Of a stretch of DNA of 52,087 bases, positions 7,465 through 17,500 are shown piece after piece. Origin of the DNA: Limnohabitans sp. GTDB lineage: Bacteria; Pseudomonadota; Gammaproteobacteria; Burkholderiales; Burkholderiaceae_C. Location: positions 1 through 52,087 of the forward strand of contig SHXP01000001.1 of assembly GCA_009693225.1 (NCBI GenBank), read 5' to 3'. The notes beneath the pieces were generated by a model. The model searched no databases. It saw nothing but the letters and a program-made list of their open reading frames with translations, and was not told the origin of the DNA. Within the stretch, counting starts at the first letter, position 1. Each line of letters opens with the position of its first letter. Both the position numbers and the translations under genes were made by a program.

Positions 7465-10400
7465 TCAGCGGACTTGCACGATGGCGTCAAACAATTGGCC
7501 AGAAATTTGCAGTGCCTTGGCAGCCGCCTGGTACGCCTGCTGAAAGCGAATCAAATCAGCCGCTTCATCATCCAGGTTCACCCCCGACACTTTGTCGCGG
7601 GCGCTTTTCGCTTGATCGTTCACCACGGTCAATGCTTGCTGTGTGATCTTGGCCTGTTGGGCTGCATTACCCACGTTATTCACCTGATCGATATAGCTCT
7701 CTGCCAAGGTTTTGTTGCCGATTACCTTTTTCTGCGACAAATCGGCCATGATCAGGATGTTTTCGTTGTTACCAATGCCGTCATGGTTGCCATCGACCGC
7801 AAACACATCGTCCACATCCGGGGCGCGTGAAAACTTGATGAACAAGCCTTGGTACTCAATGACCGGATCAAGCACGGTGTTGTCGTAATGGCGGTTGACC
7901 AATTCAGTACCAGTGGCGCCGTCGATGATCACATAGCGGTCTGGCTCGATGAATTTGATCTGCAGGTTTTGATCGCGCAATTTGTCTTTGGGATCAATCG
8001 GCTTTCCTTCAAAACTGGCCGCAATATTGGCTTTGCCTTGACCGGTGACAAACACCATCAAATCGTCGGGTACTTTGCCTTCCACATATGCGGCCGTTCT
8101 GAATCCCAACAGGCTCAAATCAAAAGGATTACCGGTTAAGCGGCGATCCGCAGGGCCGTACTCACCAAATGATAAGCGAATGTCAGACTTCTCAGAGTCA
8201 CCCAACCGACGCGTCAAGCGCACCATGCCGTGGAATAAATTGGAGCCTTCGCTCAGATTGAGGTTCAATGCATTGGCAGGTTTGCCAGCGTCGTCAAACG
8301 GGCCGAGCGCAATGGTCTCGCCCTCATGGCCAGGCAAGTTTTCCAAAATCAAGTCGCCGTTGTCTGCCAAGCGGGCATTGACACCGGTGGCTTCGCTTTT
8401 GGATTGAAGCGCTTGCACAAACGACAGCAAATCCTTGTACTGAGCTGGCACTTTGCCACCAGTGGGGAATTTACCAACCACTACACCGTTGACGGTTATT
8501 TCTTTGTGAAAGTCAAGCGATACTGCGGGAATGCGAATTTCGTTGAAGACTTCGGCGTATTTCAGGTCATTGGCTTTGACAGCATCGGTGGCCAAATGCT
8601 TGCTGACCACTGTGTCGTTGAAGCCGCGCACCAGCCCGGTCAATACAGTAGTTTTTCCATCTGCATTGGTGGTTTTTCCGCTGTAATAAATTTGTTCGTC
8701 ACCAATTTGAATCACACCGCCTGTGTCAGAAAACAAATCGGCGTTTTTCAATTCCAGCGAATCTGCACTGGACGGGATATCGTTGACCAAGGTTGACTGC
8801 TCAGACGAAAAAGACGGGTCTGAGTCAATACCTGCGTTTAACCAATCCACCACTTCTTGCGGTCCCAACACTTCATCTGCAGCCAATTTCAATTCATCCA
8901 ACGATTTGTCATTGAGTTTGATCGCGCCTTTTGGGATCACCACCAAATCGGTCGAAGATGACACGGGAATCACACGGCCGCTTCGTAGCGTTGCTGCAGT
9001 GGGTGTTGCTTTGTCGGGTTGCCCCAGTTTGTCAAACTGCTGCTCATACAGCACACTAGCTTTAGCACCATAAAACACATTGGCACCGCGATAGCCTTTT
9101 TCACCGGACTGGCTCAGGTACGCATCGCTGTAGGTGAGGGCTGGACTGAATCCATTGTCTGTGTTGAGCATCTGGAATTTTTCATCCTCGCTCAAAGGTA
9201 CGCCGATCAATTGACGGCCATCGCGTGTCATCACATGCAACTGCTGGCCGGGCTTGACATTGTCAAAATAAATCGTGGTGTTTTCCATGCCCGCAGCCAA
9301 TGTGGTCACAGGTGCAAACAAACGGCCGCCACCTACTTCCACTTTCAACGGATTGTTGGTGAACGGATTATTAGACAACATGGGGTTGCTGATACCCAGG
9401 GGCACGGTGCTGGCCAGAAAACTGACCCGCGCTCTCACATCACTGGCGTTATTCGGGTTTTCTGTGACCCGAAACAAACCACCTGTGGTGATGCGTAACG
9501 GGTCTTGTAACAACACGCGAATACCTTCTGCAGCGGTGGGTGCTTTTTCGTCAATATGCAGCAAATTCACACCAATTTGGCCGTACCCGTCAATTCCAGC
9601 ACGCTGAATCGTGTTGACTTCATTGACAAATGACTTGGCCAAAAAGTCCAAGCCCTTTTGCGCCGGCTCCAAAACCTGGCTGATGAATGTGTTAAGTCCG
9701 CCCATGGTACCGCCACTGGTGCCCGACAGCGGTTCGGTGTTGCCATAAGGGTCAAGCACCAGATCTATTTTGCTCAGTGAATTCGGGTCAAAGCCAATCG
9801 GGCGTGACTTTAGGCCATCGACCACCAAGCTTTGTTTCATGGTCGACCCCAAACTCACAGACACAATGCCGTTGGTCGTGAAGTTGGTTTTGATACGGGC
9901 TAATTCTGAAATATGTCGCAGCAGCAAATCGCGTCGGTCGAGCAATTCAGACGATTGCCCTTCCAGGGTTGGTGATTTGGTCAACTGCTGGTTGACCAAT
10001 GCCAATTGCTCGGTGAATGTATTTATTTGGTTAGCAGCGCTCTCTAATGCTTGCTTAGTTTCGATAGAAACCAGATTCATCTGGCCCGACAACTCTGCAA
10101 AACGTGAACCAACACCTTCAGATGAACGGATGAAACTAGTTCGCATCACGCTAGAAGCCGGGTCCACCGACAGGCTACGTGCCGCATCAAAAAATGTGTC
10201 GAGCGCTGAGCTCAAACCCACGCTCTTGTCACCCATGATGTCCATGACCCGTTGGGTGTAATTCACCAGCGGTTCCTGGGTCGCCAAATCGGTATTGCTG
10301 TTGCGCAAATTGGATTCTGCAAAGGTGTCAAACGCACGCTTGACCGCAGTAAACAGTACGCCAGTGCCCAAATACATATTGGCATGTTTGGACGGTGCGC

Positions 10401-10530
10401 TTTGTGTCAGAGTGGATTGCTGGCGTGAATATCCTTCGGTGCTGACGTTGGCAATGTTGTTACTCACTGTGCCCAAGGCACGTTGGTAAGCGGCGACCGC
10501 TGAACTGCTGATACCAAGCATGTCACTCAT
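7465..10530 (-). CDS. flgK: Hook-associated protein FlgK (enlarged, 1021 aa)
   Basis: SNNIANVSTEGYSRQ; LLDRRDLL; SGVNLDDEAADLIRFQQAYQAAAK. Confidence 0.96.
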   Translation of the reverse strand: MSDMLGISSSAVAAYQRALGTVSNNIANVSTEGYSRQQSTLTQSAPSKHANMYLGTGVLFTAVKRAFDTFAESNLRNSNTDLATQEPLVNYTQRVMDIMGDKSVGLSSALDTFFDAARSLSVDPASSVMRTSFIRSSEGVGSRFAELSGQMNLVSIETKQALESAANQINTFTEQLALVNQQLTKSPTLEGQSSELLDRRDLLLRHISELARIKTNFTTNGIVSVSLGSTMKQSLVVDGLKSRPIGFDPNSLSKIDLVLDPYGNTEPLSGTSGGTMGGLNTFISQVLEPAQKGLDFLAKSFVNEVNTIQRAGIDGYGQIGVNLLHIDEKAPTAAEGIRVLLQDPLRITTGGLFRVTENPNNASDVRARVSFLASTVPLGISNPMLSNNPFTNNPLKVEVGGGRLFAPVTTLAAGMENTTIYFDNVKPGQQLHVMTRDGRQLIGVPLSEDEKFQMLNTDNGFSPALTYSDAYLSQSGEKGYRGANVFYGAKASVLYEQQFDKLGQPDKATPTAATLRSGRVIPVSSSTDLVVIPKGAIKLNDKSLDELKLAADEVLGPQEVVDWLNAGIDSDPSFSSEQSTLVNDIPSSADSLELKNADLFSDTGGVIQIGDEQIYYSGKTTNADGKTTVLTGLVRGFNDTVVSKHLATDAVKANDLKYAEVFNEIRIPAVSLDFHKEITVNGVVVGKFPTGGKVPAQYKDLLSFVQALQSKSEATGVNARLADNGDLILENLPGHEGETIALGPFDDAGKPANALNLNLSEGSNLFHGMVRLTRRLGDSEKSDIRLSFGEYGPADRRLTGNPFDLSLLGFRTAAYVEGKVPDDLMVFVTGQGKANIAASFEGKPIDPKDKLRDQNLQIKFIEPDRYVIIDGATGTELVNRHYDNTVLDPVIEYQGLFIKFSRAPDVDDVFAVDGNHDGIGNNENILIMADLSQKKVIGNKTLAESYIDQVNNVGNAAQQAKITQQALTVVNDQAKSARDKVSGVNLDDEAADLIRFQQAYQAAAKALQISGQLFDAIVQVR

Positions 10531-11051
10531 GGTTCGCTCCTAACCGGTGTCAGCGGCATGGGCTGGTTCAGGCGCAACGTCTTGAGGGTTTGACGCTCCA
10601 GCGGCATGGCGGCCTGCACAGGTTGCTGCAAGCTCATGGGCAGCACTGGCTTGTATAAGGGCATGGCAGGGGCAACCAGTGAATTGAGGGACTGGCGCTG
10701 AGCCAGCAAATCGGCAGTGCTCGGGCTGGTCTGGGTCTGGCTTAATTGCCTGACCACCACGTCGGCAAAGCCCAGCGCATTGCGCTTGGCCATGGACATG
10801 GACAACTCCTTGTCGTACATGCCTTCAAAAGTTTCCATGGCATGAGACTTGAACATGTCGGTCTTCAGCACATTCGATGCATCCCGCATGGACTTGAGCA
10901 TCATTTGGATGAACAGGCCTTCGAACTGCTCGGCAGTCTCGCGCAACGCGCCCTTTTCATTGCGCTGGGCCTTGCCGCGCAATTCACCCAGGGCCCCGAA
11001 GTCCAAATATGACTTGACGGCGGGGGTGGAGGGGTTGGTGATGTTTGCCAT
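10527..11051 (-). CDS. flgJ: FlgJ rod-capping domain only (no muramidase domain)
   Basis: ALRETAEQFEGLFIQMMLKSMRDA...MYDKELS...GFADVVVRQL; only 174 aa; lies between flgI and flgK. Confidence 0.9.
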   Translation of the reverse strand: MANITNPSTPAVKSYLDFGALGELRGKAQRNEKGALRETAEQFEGLFIQMMLKSMRDASNVLKTDMFKSHAMETFEGMYDKELSMSMAKRNALGFADVVVRQLSQTQTSPSTADLLAQRQSLNSLVAPAMPLYKPVLPMSLQQPVQAAMPLERQTLKTLRLNQPMPLTPVRSEP

Positions 11052-11061
11052 GGGACGGGGA

Positions 11062-12195
11062 TCAGATGATGATGAGTTCTGCGCGCAGACTGCCGGAGCT
11101 TTTCAAGGCCTCCAAAATTGCAATCAGCGAAGAAGGTGTGGCACCGATCTGGTTGACCGCATCGACGATTTCACGCAAGTCCACGCCGGGCTTGAACAGG
11201 AACATCGGGTTTTTTGGTTCGGTGACAGCCACATCTGCGTTTTGCACCGGTGTGGTCTGACCCTGGCCGAAAACATTGGGTTGCGACACGTCATTGGTTG
11301 CGGTAATGGAGACGGAAATGGTGCCGTGCGACACAGCGGCTGCGGTGACTCGCACCGCGCGGTTGATGACCACGGTACCGGTGCGGGCGTTGATGATGAC
11401 GCGCGCATTCGGCTCGCCGGGCGTGACCTCGACGTTTTCGAGCATGCCCATGAAAGCTACGCGCTGATTCAAGTCCTGGGGGGCTCGTACCGATATCGAT
11501 GTGCCATCGATCGCTTGCGCCACATCGCCGCCAAATTTTGAATTGATCGCTGCGACCATTGCGCTGCTGGTGGAGAAATCGTTATCACGCAGATTAAGCA
11601 TCAAATGCTCGGCCTTCTCGAACGGGGTATCGACCATGCGCTCGACAATCGCGCCGCCGGGAATGCGCGCCGCTGTCGGTACACCGATGGCCACTTTGGA
11701 GCCAGCAGCACCTGCGTCAATGCCGGTGGCCGTCAATGCGCCTTGCGCCAAAGCGTAAATCTCACCGTCCACACCGCGCATCGCAGTCATGATCAGGTTG
11801 CCGCCACGCAGATTGGTGGCTTTGCCGATGGCGGAAATGTTCACGTCTATGCGTTGCCCGGGTTTGGCAAAACCCGGCAGATCAGCCGTCACCATGACTG
11901 CTGCTGCATTCTTGATGTCGATGCGGCTGGCCGAGGTCACCTGTTCAAAATCGGACATGGGGCCGTCAATGCGCACACCCATTTGCGAGAGCATGGCTTT
12001 CATGCTTTGCGTGGTGAACGGTACCGAAGCATCGTCGCCGGTACCTTGCAGACCGACCACCAGACCGAAACCGATCAGCTGGTTGGAGCGTTGCGCGGCG
12101 ACGGTGGCCAGGTCCTTGACCCGGTCAGCCGACACCGGCAAACAAATGGCGCAACTGAGTAACAGTGCGACGGATTTTTTCCAGGGGTTTTTCAT
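11062..12195 (-). CDS. flgI: Flagellar P-ring protein FlgI
   Basis: Signal peptide, RVKDLA...NQLIGFGLVVGLQGTGD, ILEALKSSGSLRAEL. Confidence 0.97.
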   Translation of the reverse strand: MKNPWKKSVALLLSCAICLPVSADRVKDLATVAAQRSNQLIGFGLVVGLQGTGDDASVPFTTQSMKAMLSQMGVRIDGPMSDFEQVTSASRIDIKNAAAVMVTADLPGFAKPGQRIDVNISAIGKATNLRGGNLIMTAMRGVDGEIYALAQGALTATGIDAGAAGSKVAIGVPTAARIPGGAIVERMVDTPFEKAEHLMLNLRDNDFSTSSAMVAAINSKFGGDVAQAIDGTSISVRAPQDLNQRVAFMGMLENVEVTPGEPNARVIINARTGTVVINRAVRVTAAAVSHGTISVSITATNDVSQPNVFGQGQTTPVQNADVAVTEPKNPMFLFKPGVDLREIVDAVNQIGATPSSLIAILEALKSSGSLRAELIII

Positions 12196-12215
12196 TTTTT
12201 CAATCTGTGTAGGGT

Positions 12216-12896
12216 TTAGAAAGGCCAGAATTTCATCAGGCCGGTGGTGCCCCAGCCGGGTTTACTGGCCAGCGCCAGGTCGCCAGTGCCGCGGTAGGAA
12301 ATCTGGGCATTGGCCAGACGCAGCGAGTTGACGGTACCGTTGGGACCGACGTCCTGCGGACGGATCACGCCCGATACCTGTATCACTTCGGTGCCTTCAG
12401 ACAAGCCGAGTTTCTTTTCGCCGCGCACCACCAGGTTGCCGTTGGCCAGGATCTCGATCACGGTGACAGTGATGGAGCCGGTCAGACTGGCCTGCTGGTC
12501 AGCCTTTCCCTTGCCGGTGCTGCTGGTTTTGGCGGCATTCAAATTGATGCCGCTGAGTTCAGGTTTCATCTTTCCCACAATGGTGCTGGCACCGGTCGGA
12601 ATTGCGGTATTGCTCGCGTCGCGGCTGATGTCGGTGCCCTGACTGCGTTTCGCCTGTGTCTCTTCATTAAGAATCACGGTGATCAGGTCACCGATCTGGT
12701 AGTTGCGGCCGCGGCCGAACCAGGCATCGCTTTGGCGGTTGCCGTAAATGCCGCCGGTAGCCGGTTTCCCTTGATCCTGCACCAGCGGATACACGGGCGC
12801 AAAGTCGGGTGACGACGTGAGCGCCGGCAACATGGGATCTGGATGGGTGCAGGCCTGCAATAGGACCAGGGAAAGCAGTGCGTAGATATGTTTCAT
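12216..12896 (-). CDS. flgH: Flagellar L-ring lipoprotein FlgH
   Basis: Lipobox LLQAC, IGDLITV.L.E, NGNLVVRGEK, C-terminal WPF. Alternative start at 12920. Confidence 0.96.
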   Translation of the reverse strand: MKHIYALLSLVLLQACTHPDPMLPALTSSPDFAPVYPLVQDQGKPATGGIYGNRQSDAWFGRGRNYQIGDLITVILNEETQAKRSQGTDISRDASNTAIPTGASTIVGKMKPELSGINLNAAKTSSTGKGKADQQASLTGSITVTVIEILANGNLVVRGEKKLGLSEGTEVIQVSGVIRPQDVGPNGTVNSLRLANAQISYRGTGDLALASKPGWGTTGLMKFWPF

Positions 12897-12916
12897 GGTG
12901 TTGTTTATCCGCCTGA

Positions 12917-13702
12917 TCACAGGTTCTGGTTGAGGTACTTCAACATGCCGTCGACCGCTTCGATCGATTTGGAGTTGATTTCATAGGCGCGCTGGGTTTC
13001 GATCATGTTGACCATTTCCTCCACCACGTTGACGTTGGAGGCTTCCAGAGAACCCTGGTTCAGCACACCGGCGCCGACGGTACCGGGTTGCAGCAGCTGC
13101 ACCGGACCGCTAGCGGCAGTAGCGACCAAGAGATTGTTACCCATAGGCTTTAAGCCGCTTGGGTTGATAAAAGTAGCAATCTGAACCTGGCCCAGTACCT
13201 GCTGACCCTGGCCGCCGACGAGTTCGACCGACACAGTGCCGTCGCGGCCAATCGTCAATGAAGACGCGTTAGCGGGAATGGTGACATTGGGCTCAAGAAA
13301 AAAGCCGGCCGAAGTAACCAACTGTCCGGTACCCGTCAGTTTGAAGGCGCCGTCACGCGTGTAGGCGATCGTGCCATCCTGTTGTTGAATTTGAAAAAAT
13401 CCGCTTCCCATGATGGCAACATCCAGCGGATTCTGGCTGTTGATCAAGTTGCCTTGCAGATGCAACTTCTCTGTAGCCACCACTTTGGTCCCTGTTCCCA
13501 GCATCAAACCTGTGGGCGATTGCGTATTGGCCGTGGTCTGACCGCCGGCCTGGCGGATATTCTGGTAGAGCAAATCTTCGAACACGGCGCGATCGCGCTT
13601 GAAGCCGGTGGTCGATACGTTGGCCAAGTTATTGGATATGACATTCATACGCGTTTGCTGCGCGTCCAAGCCGGTCTTGGAAACCCATAAAGCTGCATCC
13701 AT
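12917..13702 (-). CDS. flgG: Distal rod protein FlgG
   Basis: ALWVSKTGLDAQQTRMNVISNNLANVST; LEASNVNVVEEMVNMIETQRAYEINSK. Confidence 0.97.
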   Translation of the reverse strand: MDAALWVSKTGLDAQQTRMNVISNNLANVSTTGFKRDRAVFEDLLYQNIRQAGGQTTANTQSPTGLMLGTGTKVVATEKLHLQGNLINSQNPLDVAIMGSGFFQIQQQDGTIAYTRDGAFKLTGTGQLVTSAGFFLEPNVTIPANASSLTIGRDGTVSVELVGGQGQQVLGQVQIATFINPSGLKPMGNNLLVATAASGPVQLLQPGTVGAGVLNQGSLEASNVNVVEEMVNMIETQRAYEINSKSIEAVDGMLKYLNQNL

Positions 13703-13752
13703 CGTCTAACCTCTGTTCTTCAAAAAGTCATTACTTCATTGCCGCGCCTGCA

Positions 13753-14520
13753 TCAGCCATTCAACTTCATCATGCTGGCCCCGGCCTGATCGTTGTCAGT
13801 GCTGGACTTGATGATGCGAACCTGTTGTTCAAACATGCGGGACTGCTCAATCAGTTTCACCATGGCTTCCTGCGGATTGACATTGCTGCCCTCCAAAGCC
13901 TGTGACATTACTGACACCTTTACAGGACCTGATGCAAAATCCGAGCCAGATGGCTTGTTGTGCGCCTTGAACAAACCGTCCTCGCGCCGGGTCAGCGGGG
14001 TTTCGCTGGCGTCGCGCAGCATCAAGTTACCGATCAGCTCGGCGTTTTGCACGCCCGGCTGTGCCGGATTGGTGACATACACGCCGCCGTCGTCGGCGAT
14101 GGATACTTTCAGGTTGGGCGGGATGGTGATCGGTGTGTTGCCGTCGCCCATGACAGGGTGGCCGTTGCCGGTTTGCAGCACGCCGGTGATCGATAACTGC
14201 AAATCGCCGCGCCGCGTGAACGCGGTTTCGCCGTTGGGCGCCTGTACACCGAGCACGGTGTAATCGTTCATATGAATGTCCAGATCACGCCCGGTGGCAA
14301 TCAGCGGACCGGACTTTAACTGAATAAAGTCCATGTGCGCGGCCTGCGGCTGGTAACTGGAATCAAAACCTTCACCGCCGGCCTTGAAAGCCTTCATAGA
14401 CACCTCGAACGAGCGTTTAAATCCGGTGGTGGTCATGTTGGACATTTCATTGGCCAGCACCTGACGCGCCAGACGCATTTCAGTGATTGCCGCAGAAGAG
14501 TTAAAGGCCAGACGTTCCAT
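13753..14520 (-). CDS. flgF: Proximal rod protein FlgF
   Basis: TGRDLDI, FTRRGDL, LEGSNVNPQEAMV motifs; lies between flgE and flgG. Confidence 0.93.
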   Translation of the reverse strand: MERLAFNSSAAITEMRLARQVLANEMSNMTTTGFKRSFEVSMKAFKAGGEGFDSSYQPQAAHMDFIQLKSGPLIATGRDLDIHMNDYTVLGVQAPNGETAFTRRGDLQLSITGVLQTGNGHPVMGDGNTPITIPPNLKVSIADDGGVYVTNPAQPGVQNAELIGNLMLRDASETPLTRREDGLFKAHNKPSGSDFASGPVKVSVMSQALEGSNVNPQEAMVKLIEQSRMFEQQVRIIKSSTDNDQAGASMMKLNG

Positions 14521-14542
14521 GTCGATTCTCTAAGGAGGGGCT

Positions 14543-17500
14543 TTAAGCGCGGATTTGAATAATTGATTGGGTCAGCGTGGTGCTGGTCTCAATCGCCTTG
14601 GCGTTGGCCTGGAAGTTACGCTGCTCGGTGATCAAGTCCACCAGTTCCTGCGTCAAGTCCACGTTCGCTCGTTCGGTCGCACCGGAGCGCACCGTCCCAA
14701 AACCGGCAGAACCGGCTTCTCCGTACTTGGCAGACCCAGAAGAAGCGGATTTGTAATAACTGGTGTCGCCAATCTGGCGTAGACCGGTCGGGTTGGAGAA
14801 ATTCACCAACACCACCTTGCCCAGTGATCTCTGCGCACCGTTTGAATAAGAGGCGTTGACCAGACCATCGTCACCGATGGACAAGCCCACCAAGTCACCT
14901 TCAGGTGCACCGTCTTGCGACTGTGACAACACCGCGTAAGGCGATGAAAACTGGGTGGATTTCGAATAGTTGATATTGATCGTCAATGCGCCCTTACCGT
15001 CTGGCAAGAACACGGTGTCAAGTTGTGAACCTTGCTTGGGTGACACCAGGTTACCGGATGTGTCAAAGGTCAGTTCGCCTTTTTCCAAAAAGATCGGCGA
15101 CCATTCGGGCAAATTTTTGAAACCATCAGGGCTAAAGGTTTCCTTGCCGAACTCGTCGATGTACATAGCCACTTCAACGCCATTGACCGTTTGGGTGTAT
15201 TGCGTGGGTTTGATCCAGGTGGAGGTGTTGCCGCGGCCGCCTTCGACGTTGGCCAAGCCCCACTGGCTGTCACCGGAGACCTTGATAAACGAGTTGGTGG
15301 AGGCAGTACCGGTGATGAACTTCAAACTGTTGGTAGCTTTGTCGTAGTCGACTTTGACACCAGACACCATGGAGCCTGTCAATCCATGTTGATCAGAAGG
15401 TCCAGCCAGTCGGTTGATGGCGTTTTGCAAAGCCTGCACGAATGAATCGATGGTGTAGGTTTCTTTGGGCTCCAAATACACCGTGCCTTTGACGTCATCG
15501 ACCGACACCACAAATTTGTTGTTAGTCAAGTTTACGCTGAAGTTGTTGTTGGCGTTGATGCCCAAAGGTGAACCCAGCATGACCGCAGGCTTTGAGGCAA
15601 TACCACGAACCGCCAAAATAGAAGGCTTGACTTCATAGTTTCCATCGGCAGCAATTCCCAGACGCTCTGAAGAGAATGTATTGGGGTTGTTGATCTTGAT
15701 ACTGGAGTAATCACCTGTCGTACCAGATTTGAAAATGAACTTTTCATTCACCGTGTCGTATTCAACCTTCATGCCATAGCGCTGAAGTTTCAAAGGACGG
15801 ATGTAGTTGTTGGTGATCGAAGGCGAACCAGAGATGCTCAACATGTCGCTGCCGACTTCTTGCGTCAATGGCGTGGTGATGCCCATTTGGTTGTTCAAAC
15901 CGGACAAGGTGATGCTGTTGCCCAACACCGGTTCGAAGTTGAATTTTTGCGTGACAGGGTCATAACTCGCCGTGACCATGTTGTCTGTGGGTAAAGCAGT
16001 GATCGCAAAATTCTTGGCGCCTACTGACACGGTAGAGGCTGTTGCGGAAGCGGCATTCAGTGAAAAGCCTGTGATATTTGTGACGCCACTGGAATCTGTG
16101 ATTTTCAAATCTTTGCCATTAGTCACACTCACAATGATCTTACCAACTCGGTCTGTGTCGTACACATCCGGGTCTTCAGCATTCAAAGCTGCGCGGATTT
16201 TTTCTTGTAAACGGATAGCCAGGTCGTTAATTGGCGTACTCGACAAGGTCAGGTCTTCCAGGGCCACATTGGTCAATGTGGTGCCATCCTCTAGGCTGAA
16301 GTCAAACGTATTGAACTCTGCGCCTGTTGGCGTGGTACCCATTGGGAAACTGACGTTAGAAAGGGTGAAAGAGCTGGGAGTAATCACATTGCCATCGGTG
16401 TCAGTCACCACCTCCACAATAACCGAGCTGCCGCCTTTGGACAAGGTGGGGTAATTGATGGTGTCGGCAGTCAGTGACAGTTCACTCATGAAATTACCAC
16501 TTGAATCTGTCACGATGAATGCATTGGTGCTGGCGTCCCATGCGATAGAAGTGTTGGCTCCTTTGGCTGTTGCACGCAGTAATGTTTGGATATCCGCCGC
16601 GATCAACTCCATGTGATCCGCGTTGGTCGGGTCAAACGTGGCATAGCTGGGAATTGGAGTCACACCGGTCAAACTGGGAAACGAAGCTGAGCTCAATGCA
16701 ATGGTGCTGGTCAAAGAACCTAGAGCATCAGTGGTGGTGAATTTCACGCTGGAGAAATGGCTCAGTAAACTTTCCGCGTCCACAGGCTCCGCACCAAAAT
16801 CAACGCCTGACAAAGTGATGTTGGATTCACCACTGGCCCCCGCTGGAGCTGTAGGGAAAGGGGTTGTGCCTGTATTTCTGGGCGTCAACGCAAACGATTG
16901 AATTTTATGACCACCAATGTCACTGATAATCAGTTTGGCAGTCACGTCCGGGTCTTCAAAGATGGTGACTTGTGAGGCTTCAAAAGTGCTCCATCCCAGT
17001 TCAATCAACTTGGCCTGGGTTTTGTCTTGTAATTCTTGCGCCAGCACATCCATGTCACTTGGATCGGTGTCCCCCAAGTCCAAGGTCACCGTCTGGCTGC
17101 CTGCGCTATTGCTGATTTGCAACGTCATGGAGTCGTAATCTCCAATTTCCACCGCATTAACACCTGTCAAAAACTTCTTATTGACAATGTTATTTTGTGC
17201 ACCCGAACTGATGCTGCTCAGAGAAAAATCGGAAATGGTGCCGCCATTGGCATCATTGACGCGAACTTCGTTACCGTTTTGCACATTCACCGTGACCTTA
17301 CTGGCGGCTTCAGCGGTAAAGCCCAGGCGCTGCTGTAAATCGAGTTGCATACGGGTTTGAATTTTGGATGCCAAATCCTCCATAGGCTTGGTGCTCAGCG
17401 TGGTGCCCAGATCAATTCGGTTAGAGATCACAATACCGTCAATGGTCATGGTGTAGCCCCTGAATTCACCAGGTTTGGGTGTGTCACTAAAACTCACGTT

